From Octopus sinensis (lineage: Eukaryota): a DNA stretch of 64,000 nucleotides. The DNA lies in the NCBI RefSeq assembly GCF_006345805.1, contig NC_043003.1, forward strand, positions 86,366,001 to 86,430,000, written 5' to 3'. The position numbers and the translations under genes are program-made. Position 1 is the stretch's first letter, and each line of letters begins with the position of its first letter. The notes under the pieces were generated by a model. That model saw nothing but the letters and a program-made list of their open reading frames with translations, had not been told where the DNA came from and made no database searches. Below are positions 13,560 through 26,210 of the stretch, piece after piece.

Positions 13560-14765
13560 TTCCTATTCACAACGAAGGCGGGAGTCCGAATGTTCCCTGT
13601 GCAAAAACAGTCCGAACACAAACAGATGATAGCGAATGACAGATAGAGCTGAAATGGCGTAATACCGGGGTGTCATTTTCGAGTTTGATATCTCGGAGGT
13701 GCTCTGCGAACTGGTCAGCCAAGCGGCGTCTCGTTTGACCAATGTACAGGGAAGGACAGAGAGATAGCTGGAGATGCAGTAAATGACGTTACTGGAAGTG
13801 CAGGTAAAGAAGTCGGTGATGTGATAGGGACGATGATGGGTGCCTGTGAGAATGGTGGCGAGGTAGGGGCAGCTGCAATAACGTGGGCGGGAGCAGGAGA
13901 ACGAGCCAAGCTGGGAGGTGGAGTTAGGGACGAAACTGTGGACGAGGATGTCACGCAGGTTATGGGCTCTTTTGAAGAAGGGAAGAGGTAAGTTGGGGAA
14001 GATGTGCGAGGTGGGGAGGTCGGACTGGAGTCGCCGGAAGGCTAGGAGAATAGTGCGTTGGAGGGGCAGTGTGGAGGGGTAGTAGGTGAGGAGGAAAACG
14101 GGAGGCGGGCAACGGCGGGATGGGTGCGAGAAGAAAGAGCAGAGGCACGGTCCACAGATCGTGTCCTAGCAAGGCAGTGTGGATAGTGGTGAAGGGATAT
14201 CCACTTAGGATGAGCTGGCGAGCCATGAGTTCAGACTGAGTCTCAAAGTCATGGTTGTCACTGCAGAGCCTAAGCAGTCGGAGGAATTAGGAGTAGGGGA
14301 TGGAGAGCTTCGTATAGGTAGGGTGGGAGGAAGAGAAGTTAAGATAAGAGTGAGAGTCAGTGTGTTTGTAATGGACGGAGGTAGTGAGAGCGGAGTGGTG
14401 TATTCTGACAGAAATGTCAAAAATTCAATGGAAGGGTTAGACATAGTGGAGGAGATTGGACAAAAGAGAAGTAGTCTAGTTGTTCGCGGGAGAGTGAGAT
14501 CGCACCGATACAGTCATCGTTATAACGACCGTATATTTCTGGAGTGGGACCGGTGAATTGTGAGTATATTCGGGCTTCAACGTAGCCGAACAGGTTCGCA
14601 CAATTGGGGACCGTTCTCGTTCCCATGATCACTCCCTAGAACTGTTAATACAAATCCCCCGCAAACGAGAAGCATTTGAGGGAGGGAACAAGTTCTGACA
14701 GACGAAGAAGTGTGAAGGAGTAGGGTGGAGTTCAGGTCGAAGGTCCAGAGAGTGTTTCAGCGCAA
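13560..14765 (-). mobile_element. Decayed PLE (Neptune-like) RT to GIY-YIG fragment
   Basis: LALKHSLDLRP, IMGTRTVPNCANLFGYVEARIYSQFTGPTPEIYGRYNDDCIG (RT motifs B/C), ELMARQLILSGYP (thumb), NVIYCIS / LCPSLYIGQTRRRLADQFAEHLRDIKLENDTPVLRHF (GIY-YIG). Multiple frameshifts. Confidence 0.85.
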
Positions 14766-14944
14766 GAACACACATACGTATACCTACACACAAACCGAAA
14801 AAACCCAACGTATATGCACACACACATAGATATCCATGTACACACATACTAACATGTATATTAATATATGTGTAAACACACAGATACATACGCTCATCAC
14901 ACACACACATGACACAGACAAATATATATATGGTATATATATTG

Positions 14945-15270
14945 CTTAGTGATCAGGGTGCTGCACTCACGATCGCTAGATCGTGGTTTCAACTCCTCGA
15001 CCGGGTGGTGCGTTGTGTTCTTGAATAAAACACCTTCATCTCACGTTGCACTACGATCACCTCGACATTAGACATCTGGTACCCACTGCACTATTCGGAC
15101 AACGTCGATTTGATTGAGAGAGTGAGCTAATGTGCGGCACGAAAATTGATCAGTTTAAACAGATCATTTGTGCAAGTCATTCGGCAAAAGCTGAACCGTT
15201 ACGTTATCTTCGACAGGATAGTTCATGTATATTGACCAGCATAGCTGCAACTTGAGCTGAAGCCGATAAA
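14945..15270 (+). mobile_element. Probable tRNA-derived SINE (third family), degenerate
   Basis: GCTTAGTGATCAGGGTGCTGCACTCACGATCGCTAGATCGTGGTTTCAACTCC resembles a tRNA head with A/B-box-like motifs; A-rich end. Confidence 0.5.
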
Positions 15271-15285
15271 AGAATATATATATAT

Positions 15286-15355
<70 letters not shown>

Positions 15356-15566
15356 ATTTATGTGAAATAGAAAGATGAATAATCTTGTAGCAGATTAATC
15401 AAAAGTGTTAACCGATACCTTGGTAGCAAAAATCACAGCAGAAGACAGCACGGTTGGAGGTACAACCATATGGTGTTGCAACCGTGCGTTGGTTGCGGAT
15501 AATTGAATAAAATTATTGGTGAATTGAAGAAATGGAGCTGAACGAAGATTGAACAGAAATCGTTTT

Positions 15567-15654
15567 ATTTCATTCTACACGTGTTCGAAAGGCACAATTT
15601 ACCAAAATCCGATTGATAATGAGACATATTGTGTCTTTCCCTTCAGGAAGAAAT
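15567..15654 (-). ncRNA. Mirror copy of the hammerhead with core indels
   Basis: Reverse complement reads CTGAAGG-GAAAGACACAAT...ATTGTGCCTTTC-GAAC-ACGT-GTA; core changes may be mutation or assembly error. Confidence 0.5.
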
Positions 15655-15819
15655 AGGAAATCCGTTGGAAAAAAACAAAAACAGAACAGAGGCGGAGCAA
15701 AACAAATCGAACTAGGCTCCTAAGAGCCATGGCAGTTTTGCCATGGGCTCTTAGGAGCCTAGTTCGATTTGTTTTGCTCCGCCTCTGTTCTGTTTTTGTT
15801 TTTTTCCAACGGATTTCCT

Positions 15820-15909
15820 ATTTCTTCCTGAAGAGAAAGACACAATATGGTCTCATTATTCAATCGGATTTTGTAAATTGTGCCTTTCGAAACACGTGTA
15901 GAATGAAAT
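15820..15909 (+). ncRNA. Type I hammerhead ribozyme
   Basis: Helix I ATTTCTTC / GAA(T)GAAAT; core CTGAAGA 15828-15834; helix II GAAAGACACAAT / ATTGTGCCTTTC (11/12 paired); GAAAC-ACGT-GTA 15889-15900 with palindromic ACACGTGT helix III. Confidence 0.8.
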
Positions 15910-15959
15910 AAAAACGATTCTGTTCATCTTCGTCAGCTCCATTTCTCAATTCACCAATA

Positions 15960-16002
<43 letters not shown>

Positions 16003-16353
16003 ATATATAAGCATAACAAATGCGCAACCGGTAAAAAGAACTTTCACCTAATTAAATTACTTAAATTACTTCAATTATTTGTCAGCATTTCTTCATTTCC
16101 TTTTAATATATATATAGATATATCTATATATATATATAGATATATATATATATATATATATATATAGAGTATATATAGGTAATATATATATATATTGGTG
16201 TATTTATATATATATGATAATATATACATATATATAAAATTAACCTTTAAAGGTATTATTAATATGCTGGCCATTGATAAAATTTTATTTTCGAAAGATT
16301 TTATCCTATATTATATATATATATATTATATATATAATATATATATATATATG

Positions 16354-16384
<31 letters not shown>

Positions 16385-16794
16385 TAATAAGCTTCAGCAC
16401 ATTTTCGATCTACCGAATTTCATTCAGGAAACACATTTCTGAAGTGTCACATGGCTGACTGGATTAATCGCAAACAACTTGATTGTACCGTGAACATTCT
16501 AACCACACAAACATATCTGCCGGTGATGCCCTTTTAAAGTAATTGATCTAGTATTTGTCAGCGTAAATTACAAATTTGAATAAATAAACTGCGTCCGAAA
16601 CCACATTCAGAGGAGAAAATCGGAGAGTAGCATATTAAAACGTAAAAACAATATTTAAACAGCAATCGAAATGATTATCAGAAATCAAGTGAAATTAATA
16701 AATCAATAAGAATATCAAATTTCCATCCAAGTTTTGAATGGTTCAAGTGCAATTCCCAAAGCATTTTAAGAAAACCAGTCAGTTTAAATGAAAA

Positions 16795-16856
<62 letters not shown>

Positions 16857-17531
16857 AGTGTATGCGTATGCTTATACATACATGTATATATATAATAATA
16901 AAAGGTAAAATTCATTAATCAATTAATGATTAATAATTTTACCAAGTAGTTCGGTATGTTAAAAGAACCATTATCGGTAACGTTACACAAAAATTCTATA
17001 ATCATAAGCATAATTATAATTAGAGTTCACTCCCTGATAGTAAACTGCAGTTTCTGTAGAATTACTCGAGGCACACGTAGGTGATTGAGGAAGAATGCGA
17101 GATCTCATTCGTCTGTTTGAATTCGGAAGTACTGGTTTGTTGATATATGCTGCTCGATGGTGCTTAGTCGACTACGTATGTTAATTATAAGTGCATTCAA
17201 ATTTTAAATTGAAATACTATACTGATGTCGGGAGTAAGTGAGCAGAAATATGATTTTACATCTTTTTACATCACTTTAACCCAGAAACGCGTATATAGTT
17301 AATCAAAGCCGGATGGATTCGTTATTTTTTTCTCTTTACCTGCGTGAGTTGAGAATATTGCTGTCTGAATATAACTTACTGTAGTGGAATAGTATTTAAC
17401 TGCTATTTCTAAATTTAATTGCTATTTTTAAATTTCGGTATGTGGTGAAGCAATTTTTGCTGAACCCTAATTATAATTATGCTTATAATTATAGAATTTT
17501 TGTACACGCACACACACACACACACACACAC

Positions 17532-17570
<39 letters not shown>

Positions 17571-17682
17571 GTGTGTGTATGTGTGTGTGTGTGTATATAT
17601 ATACATATATATATACATAGATACATATATATACATATATACATATATATATACATAGATACATATATATACATATATACAT

Positions 17683-17721
<39 letters not shown>

Positions 17722-18022
17722 ATATATATATATATATATAGATTATTATTATTATTACTAATAATAATTGCCTGTATGGTTGATAACTCGCTTGGAACAC
17801 GTAGTGGTCTTGTCTAGGTTCAAAGACCCGAGTACTTCTAGCTAATCAGACACAAATTTTCAAAACACTGTTGTTTCAGAATTCCTTGCGCCAGTGAGTC
17901 TAGTGTGTTATGAACACACTGTCGTAGTAAAAGGGAAAAGTTTTCTACACACCAGAGATTAGGATATTGGCGTTTGAATCTGCCGGAATGTATTAAGAAT
18001 AAATATGCGAATCATCGTTTCA

Positions 18023-18117
18023 GATCTCGCTGTACACAGAGCAAATAATATTTCTACTTACTGTATGGATCTCGCTGTACACAGAGCAAATAATATTTCT
18101 ACTTACTGTATGGATCT
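18023..18117. repeat. Perfect 45-bp tandem duplication
   Basis: GATCTCGCTGTACACAGAGCAAATAATATTTCTACTTACTGTATG x2, then GATCT. Confidence 0.9.
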
Positions 18118-18231
18118 TCAGAAAAATGACAAATGAATCCACCCTCTGCACAATTTGGACTAAAAACTTTAAAGTTAGTAGTTAATAATTAAATAAAAAT
18201 CGATGGCACTTCATTGACAATGTATACGCAT

Positions 18232-18562
18232 TTATTTGTTTCAGTCATTGGACAGCGGCCATGCTGAGATACCGTTTGAAAGTACTGGTTAAACATATTA
18301 AACCCGGTACTTATTTTTAAAACACTGGTACTTATTCTATCGGTTCCTTTGGTTGAATTGTTAAGTTACGAGGCTGTTAACAAACCAACACTGGTTGTTC
18401 AGTGGCAGAAGAAGAGAAAACACAATTACACTTGCTGTGGGCTTCCAGAAGCGTCCCGTCTACCAAATTCATTCATATGGCACTCGTCGGCCCAAGGTTA
18501 TAATATAAAACACTTGCTCAAGGTGACGCAGAGTGGGGCTGAAATTGACAACCCATGATTTC
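18232..18562 (-). mobile_element. tRNA-derived SINE (family A), degenerate
   Basis: Reverse complement matches blocks of 34081-34504 (CACCTTGAGCAAGTG, GGGCCGAC, GGTAGACGG, ACCGATAGAATAAGTAC, CAGCATGGCCGC..GACTGAAACAA). Confidence 0.7.
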
Positions 18563-20083
18563 AAAGAAAAGTTCTTAAACCTCACAACAATGCCTATGTC
18601 ATACAAAAAAAAGAAAAAAAGTTGTTCTGAATTACAGAGCCAAGCCCGTATGTATTTCAAATATCACTTCCGTCCTTGTCAAGGTTAGCGCTAAGAGTCT
18701 AAAGGTATAAATGTTGAAATTCCAAATAATTTGAAATGAGTGTTTTCTTATATAATTAATTTTGACCGATCGTTAAGCATGTTACTAATCATTAGCAGTA
18801 AGCTAAATAAATGACATGATAAATATCGATCGAGGAACACACCGGAAAGATGTACATTGAGACAGAAATAAATCAATACATGTGTACATATACACAAGCA
18901 AGCCTGTAAGACTGATTTCTTTTTATTATATATACATGATTTGAAAACCTAATTGCTTGCAGGATAAGAAAACATATTTCGAAACACTATTAAGCATGTG
19001 ACCAGCTACACGATCATATATTAAAAGCGGGATACCACTTCTAATGTTTGTCGTTATTTATAAACTTCTAGTTTCTGAATACAAATGGAACCAGTAGTTT
19101 AAATATAGACAACGATCGTCTATAGAAATTATATTTTCCATACACTCTTGAGTATACATTGGAAAAAGAAAATGATGTGGTACGAGATACTACTGTATTA
19201 CCCACAAATATATCATCTTCCTTCTTACAGAAATAAATATTTAAATAAACATTGAATTGATTAATCACAAGTTTAATGTTCGCAAGGAGGTAGTTACTTA
19301 CTTTACTGATTACAGAGAGATGAAAAGCAGCGTTGAATACGTACGAGTAACATATGTTAATTATATTATTTACCTGTATCCAAGGTAGCGGGAATTACAC
19401 CGTTAGATGTCTAGCAGAGTGAATAGTCTTTAACCAGATTTCAAAACTATCCAGTACACTTTGTTCGCTGAGTGTTTATTCTCAGCCTAAAACAATAAAG
19501 TCTCATATGATTGGAAATACATACAAACACAACATAAATATGATCCTATACAAGTATTTAATATCGATATGAAGAAATAATGGATATATATATATATATG
19601 ACTGTATGCATTACACTCCATATATATTACACGTGCTACTAATACTTCATCAGGCGCTGATTATTCTATGAAACCAAGAAGTTTAAATAGACGACCGAGC
19701 AAGATTCCATTACAGGTGATTTACCAAATTGAACCGATGTAGACCGTTCAGATGAATTTGAATCGAAAATAAAGCAAAATGATAAAGTTATAAATTATAG
19801 AAGTTATAAATATCAAATTGTAAACGTGTCAATCTATAAAATATGACTTAGGTACTTAAACTGAGGCACCTTGTTAGGACGAGCCTATTTGCACACTCAG
19901 TATTAGGTGAGTATCAGACTCTACATAGAAATTTTTCCACCCGATATTCATGCAGTGTATGGAAATGGCACGATCCGACTTAGTGAATAAATCCGCTCTT
20001 GTTTGTTTAGACATGTACTTTATATAAAGATACTTTACAAATTCTTTCGAAGTGCAGATTCCAGGGTAGGCGAGTAAAATACA

Positions 20084-20259
20084 AACGAGTAATAAAGGTG
20101 TAGAAGTGACAATTCGTTACGGCCGTTTCGAGTGACTCCTTTAATTGATCAATGAAATCATTACATCATTACAAAGAAAATCGTTGTCGTCAGGTTACCA
20201 ATTAAAGGAGTCAATTTAAACGGCCGTAACGATTTGACACTTATACACCTTTGTTACTC

Positions 20260-20262
<3 letters not shown>
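20084..20262. repeat. Fold-back element with ~65-bp arms
   Basis: GAGTAATAAAGGTGTAGAAGTGACAATTCGTTACGGCCGTTT..GACTCCTTTAATTG versus its reverse complement at 20199-20262. Confidence 0.75.
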
Positions 20263-20339
<77 letters not shown>

Positions 20340-20788
20340 CATATATGTAAACAGAGTTTGCGGTTGTAATAACCGCCTAGGGGATAAAATATCCGAATAT
20401 ACTATCGGTATCCTTTACCTGTATCATCCCCGGGAAATGAGGTGCAGGCACATAAATATGTAGAATGCAGATAACAACAGGATAAACAAGAGTTTATCAG
20501 GAACCAAGGCAATGTATTAGAAAATGGAGAAAACCACAGATTAAGCAACACATCAATTGGACCACATTTAAAGCTTATTTTTTGATACAGAGTGTGACAT
20601 AACAAAATAGGTGACGTAACATATGTTACCACCGTTACTGATCGGATTGCCAAAATGCAGTCTGTACATAAATGCGAGAATAAATTTTTTCATCTGCACA
20701 GGGCATTCGAATTCGGATTTTCATCAGAGTAAAAAGTATAAGCATACAATATAAACAATATAAAAGTTTATATAGGGAAAGGAAAGAA

Positions 20789-20797
20789 AACATGACT

Positions 20798-20879
<82 letters not shown>

Positions 20880-20880
20880 C
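20789..20880. repeat. (AGAT)n tetranucleotide microsatellite
   Basis: Direct reading. Confidence 0.95.
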
Positions 20881-21518
20881 ATGCATACATACATATATAC
20901 ATACATAATGTGTGTGAGTGAGCGTGCGCATGCATACGTGTGTGTGTGCGTGTATGTGTGTATGTTTGTGTGTGTTTGTGTGTGTATAGTTTTATAATTT
21001 AATCATATTTTTCCATGACTTGAACTACATATAACCTGATGAATCTTGTGTTATTCGTTTTAAGAGTTGCTCTCGCACAGAAATATAATCCTAGCCTAAC
21101 AACAAATTCTGAAAATCTACTACAGTTCATTTAAACGACTGATTATTTGTTGCCACGTTTACTTATTTTTACTTCAGATTCCCTTCAGTTCACAACCAGC
21201 AACTTAGTGTCAGTTAATTCTTTTTTATCTTATATATCATTGCGTTTCCAGCCGAGATTTAAACGCTAGAAAGGGGCAGTCACTTGCGTTCTTAAGACTT
21301 GCTTTCTTAAGATTGTTTCAACGTATCGTATTTTCTTTTGTTTGTTTTGTTTTTCTCAAATAACACTGATCAACAGCTCTATGATAAAATATAAAAGCAT
21401 ATTCTAGCTGTAGCAGCGCATCGTTTTTTCTAAAAGATGACATAATTGAATTTGTTTGCCAATTCTAGCTTGCTGAAAGACTACATAGAAATTCCTATGG
21501 GTAATTAGATGAAGTTAA

Positions 21519-21781
21519 TTAACAATGTGTATCTTTGGTGGTAAACGTATAAAGAATCAGTTTCTTTTTGTTTCTTTTGAAGCAGTGTTGAAAATTACGA
21601 ATCCTAAGACAACTGATAAAATATAAAAGACGCAAACTTTTATAGTATAATGTGAGACTATTAGAAATATTCTCACGAGATCACAAAAAGAAAGCAGAAG
21701 CATCATTCACTTGTACTTATGTAACGTAATACATACAAACATATATTCTGTATATAATGTCCATAGGTGTGTGTATACATA

Positions 21782-21816
<35 letters not shown>

Positions 21817-22115
21817 GTAAAATTAATTAATTAATTAATAATTAATAATTCCACCAAGTAGTGATTCGGTATGTAAAAGACCGTTATCGGTAAATTTAAA
21901 CAATATTTATTATAATAAGGTTTAGGCGAAAGAATTTGCTTCACCACACACCGAACTTTAGAAATAGCAGCCAAAATAAAACTAGCTTTTTCTATGCCTA
22001 CGTGATATGTTTTTGAGCATATATTGTCTGTGAGTTGTTTCTTACAGTAGAAGAAATAGCTAGTTTTTTTGGGCTGCTATTTCTAAAGTTCGGTGTGTGA
22101 TGAAACAATTTCTTT

Positions 22116-22147
<32 letters not shown>

Positions 22148-22161
22148 ATATTATATATATA

Positions 22162-22202
<41 letters not shown>

Positions 22203-23217
22203 CATACAATACATACACACACATACTAGCAACTAAGTAACAAAATGAAAATAACGTTCAACAAAAGATGCTGAACTTGTTAATATCTACTAACAAGTTG
22301 ACTTAGTTCCACATTATTTAAAGTTAGTTGGTGTAAATACGCCTACATTTTCAGAAAGGGTAAAGACGATGTAAGAATGGCTTCTTCATAATATTAGTTG
22401 GGGCCTCCCCCATGGTGAAGTGAATACATCAATAAAACAGCGACATTAGATAGATAGTGTCATATCCTACGACGTGGTTAAGGAGACGGTCTAGTTAGTT
22501 GTGATAAGGTAGATTACTTTGGTCAAAGCCATCTATTTTGCATTTGTTAAATAATACACGAAAAACTGCAAATCTAGTATTAAGACTGTTCAGCATACTT
22601 TGGGATTTTGATATTAACTTTGTTAAATGAAGAATATTGAGCATTTCACAGTTGGCTAAAAATACACAAAAAAAAAAACACGCACACAAATATATTATAG
22701 AATTTAATCATTAAGAAAATATTGGAACGCAATGACATCATCAATGTCAGATGCCGTTGGAGGTAACTAGAGTCGTAGGGACTGGTTACAATTCAGTTTG
22801 CGTTTCGACCGTAACCGAGTAATATGATTTTAGCCGAATAATCGTAGGTCACGACAATGGACCACGGACGAATGATACTTTTACAATAGATAGATGTGTA
22901 TGGGCCAGCTAGGGATATCAGTGGATAATGAGATAATTAGTGGATAAAATTTCATTAACAATGTGTATCTTTGGTGGCAAACATATGAAGAATCAGTTCA
23001 TTTTTGTTTCTTTTGAAGCAGTGTTGAAAATTACGAATCCTAAGACAACTGATAAAATATAAAAGACGCAAACTTTTATAGTATAATGTGAGACTATTAG
23101 AAATATTCTCACGAGATCACAAAAAGAAAGCAGAAGCATCATTCACTTGTACTTATGTAACGTAATACATACAAACATATATTCTGTATATAATGTCCAT
23201 AGGTGTGTGTATACATA

Positions 23218-23252
<35 letters not shown>

Positions 23253-23562
23253 GTAAAATTAATTAATTAATTAATAATTAATAATTCCACCAAGTAGTGA
23301 TTCGGTATGTAAAAGACCGTTATCGGTAATTTAAACAATATTTATTATAATAAGGTTTAGGCGAAAGAATTTGCTTCACCACACACCGAACTTTAGAAAT
23401 AGCAGCCAAAATAAAACTAGCTTTTTCTATGCCTACGTGATATGTTTTTGAGCATATATTGTCTGTGAGTTGTTTCTTACAGTAGAAGAAATAGCTAGTT
23501 TTTTTGGGCTGCTATTTCTAAAGTTCGGTGTGTGATGAAACAATTTCTTTTATATATATATA

Positions 23563-23628
<66 letters not shown>

Positions 23629-24475
23629 CATACATACAATACATACACACACATACTAGCAACTAAGTAACAAAATGAAAATAACGTTCAACAAAAGATG
23701 CTGAACTTGTTAATATCTACTAACAAGTTGACTTAGTTCCACATTATTTAAAGTTTAGTTGGTGTAAATACGCCTACATTTTCAGAAAGGGTAAAGACGA
23801 TGTAAGAATGGCTTCTTCATAATATTAGTTGGGGCCTCCCCCATGGTGAAGTGAATACATCAATAAAACAGCGACATTAGATAGATAGTGTCATATCCTA
23901 CGACGTGGTTAAGGAGACGGTCTAGTTAGTTGTGATAAGGTAGATTACTTTGGTCAAAGCCATCTATTTTGCATTTGTTAAATAATACACGAAAAACTGC
24001 AAATCTAGTATTAAGACTGTTCAGCATACTTTGGGATTTTGATATTAACTTTGTTAAATGAAGAATATTGAGCATTTCACAGTTGGCTAAAAATACACAA
24101 AAAAAAAAACACGCACACAAATATATTATAGAATTTAATCATTAAGAAAATATTGGAACGCAATGACATCATCAATGTCAGATGCCGTTGGAGGTAACTA
24201 GAGTCGTAGGGACTGGTTACAATTCAGTTTGCGTTTCGACCGTAACCGAGTAATATGATTTTAGCCGAATAATCGTAGGTCACGACAATGGACCACGGAC
24301 GAATGATACTTTTACAATAGATAGATGTGTATGGGCCAGCTAGGGATATCAGTGGATAATGAGATAATTAGTGGATAAAATTTCATTAACAATGTGTATC
24401 TTTGGTGGCAAACATATGAAGAATCAGTTCATTTTTGTTTCTTTTGAAGCAGTGTTGAAAATTATGAATCCTAAG
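21519..24475. repeat. Tandem duplication, period ~1.43 kb, bounded by ~95-bp diverged direct repeats
   Basis: 21568-23000 repeats at 23001-24450; the ~95-bp repeat occurs at ~21519, ~22956 and ~24387. Confidence 0.9.
21929..22115. repeat. Fold-back/MITE-like element (duplicate at 23364-23550)
   Basis: ~60-bp inverted arms AAAGAATTTGCTTCACCACACACCGAACTTTAGAAATAGCAGCC..ACTAGCT; (AT)n on the right. Confidence 0.75.
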
Positions 24476-25044
24476 TAGGTAGAGAGGGACCCTAACAATG
24501 ATGCTCTATTTGATGATGGGGCAGTCGTTTAACTGATCCGGGAGTTTCTAGATGAAGCGGGAGAAAATGATGAATGTTTTGCTGTTCCTATACCTAAAAG
24601 AGATATGAATTATCCTCTCTCAACGAAAAGATTGTAAGGACAGGAGAATTTGAATAATAACAACAAACGCTTGTTGTAAAATGCAAGCCAGAGTAAAATT
24701 TTCCATGATTAACATACTTTTGCTGGGAACTATACATTTTTGTTCATGAATATTTATTATTTCTGAACACTTTAAACTTAATAATATATCATTGTTTTGA
24801 GTTAACCAAAAAATAACTTTCTGAATATATTTCGATATAAAGATTTTTATTCTTTGGGCATATTTTCTTAATGATTAAATTCTATAATATATTTGTGTGC
24901 GTGTTTTTTTTGTGTATTTTTAGCCAATATTCTTCATTTAACAAAGTTAATATCAAAATCCCAAAGTATGCTGAACAGTCTTAATACTAGATTTTTCGTG
25001 TCTTATTTAACAAATGCAAAATAGATGGCTTTGACCAAAGTAAT
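23944..25044. repeat. ~200-bp inverted repeat pair (23944-24153 and 24860-25044)
   Basis: ATTACTTTGGTCAAAGCCATCTATTTTGCATTTGTTAAATAA...CATTAAGAAAATAT recurs as its reverse complement with two small deletions. Confidence 0.8.
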
Positions 25045-26169
25045 TTAACATTTTCTAGGAATACCACCTGGTGATGTTCTTCAGGTGATGTTTAGCAACC
25101 AAATTACTAACTCAGACAGAATTTAGATTTCATTTAAATTTTGGAAATAAGCTATATGGTTAGATTATAATGGCAGTGATCTGTAAAAATATAGTATATA
25201 TGTATGTGACTATGTGTGTGTGTGTGTGTGTGTGTGTGCTTATGTGTGTATTGTATGTGTGAAAAATCTAAGAGAACAGGTAAAACGCACAGCATAAGAT
25301 ACAAACATAGAAACCATTCCCCATAATCCTCTGTTGACTAGGGATCAAGACAACCTCTGCCTATTAGCAACAAAGTAACGCACTTCAGACGACAACAAAT
25401 ATACGAAAATATACGGAAAACTTGCAACAGCAAATATTAAATCTGTTGATGATGTAAACAAGTAAGTTCGTATAGATAAGAAAGACAGAACACAGAATGA
25501 AATGACGAAGAATATTATAAAGGAAATGTCTTTCCCGTAGGGTAAAAAAAAGAACCCCAACAAACTTGAAACGGTTGTGTATAATGTAATTTAAGAGGAA
25601 ATATGGTAGGAAATTGTTAAACGTTAGTACTGCAAAAACATAGGGACCAGGAACAAATATGGTGGGAAATTATTAAACATAGAGAGTGAGACATACCAGG
25701 GAATGAAGTTACCGATAGAAGATCCAAGTCTGAGAAAACTGATGCATGCAAAGGCACCAGAATTAGAATCGTGAGAGAAGAATAAAAAAAAACAATGTAA
25801 CAAAGGTTAGCATCACAAATGGAAGGGGAGGCGAAAGAAAACTAACTAGAGACAGGAGGAAGGGTGGGAAACAGAGCGACGGTAGGACGAAGTGGGAGAT
25901 GGGTAAACACGAATGGAGTGGAGTGGAAAGCTGAGAAATATAAAGAGTGATATGGTCAAATAAATAAAACATTAGGAATACACAATATGCGCGGGAAAAA
26001 ACAGAAACAGAAGTACGATTTCCTTTCAACAGATGTCGACTGACACCTAGGCAATTGCACGCATTATCCTCAGGATTGCTTACTTCAGAGTACCCAAGAA
26101 TGGTTGGGATACCTGGACGTATATTTTCCTATACTTGTGCGTTTTATCTGTTGTCTGCACTTAAATTGT

Positions 26170-26210
<41 letters not shown>

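Larger units (their letters stand above)
15508..15966. repeat. ~460-bp palindrome (two ~228-bp arms, 4-nt loop) of PLE pLTR-type sequence, flanked by (AT)n
   Basis: Centre GAGCCATGGCA-GTTT-TGCCATGGGCTC at ~15736; the arms match apart from scattered 1-nt indels. Confidence 0.9.

Noticed and set aside
17025-17085. Further hammerhead-like remnants (17025-17085, ~19600-19650, ~11850-11915, ~22795-22870, ~26040-26085)
   Set aside because: Catalytic core nucleotides are missing or helices are broken; at most decayed pLTR traces.
18023-18117. Short direct repeats as a CRISPR-like array
   Set aside because: Two adjacent units with no spacers in a eukaryotic context; simple slippage duplication.
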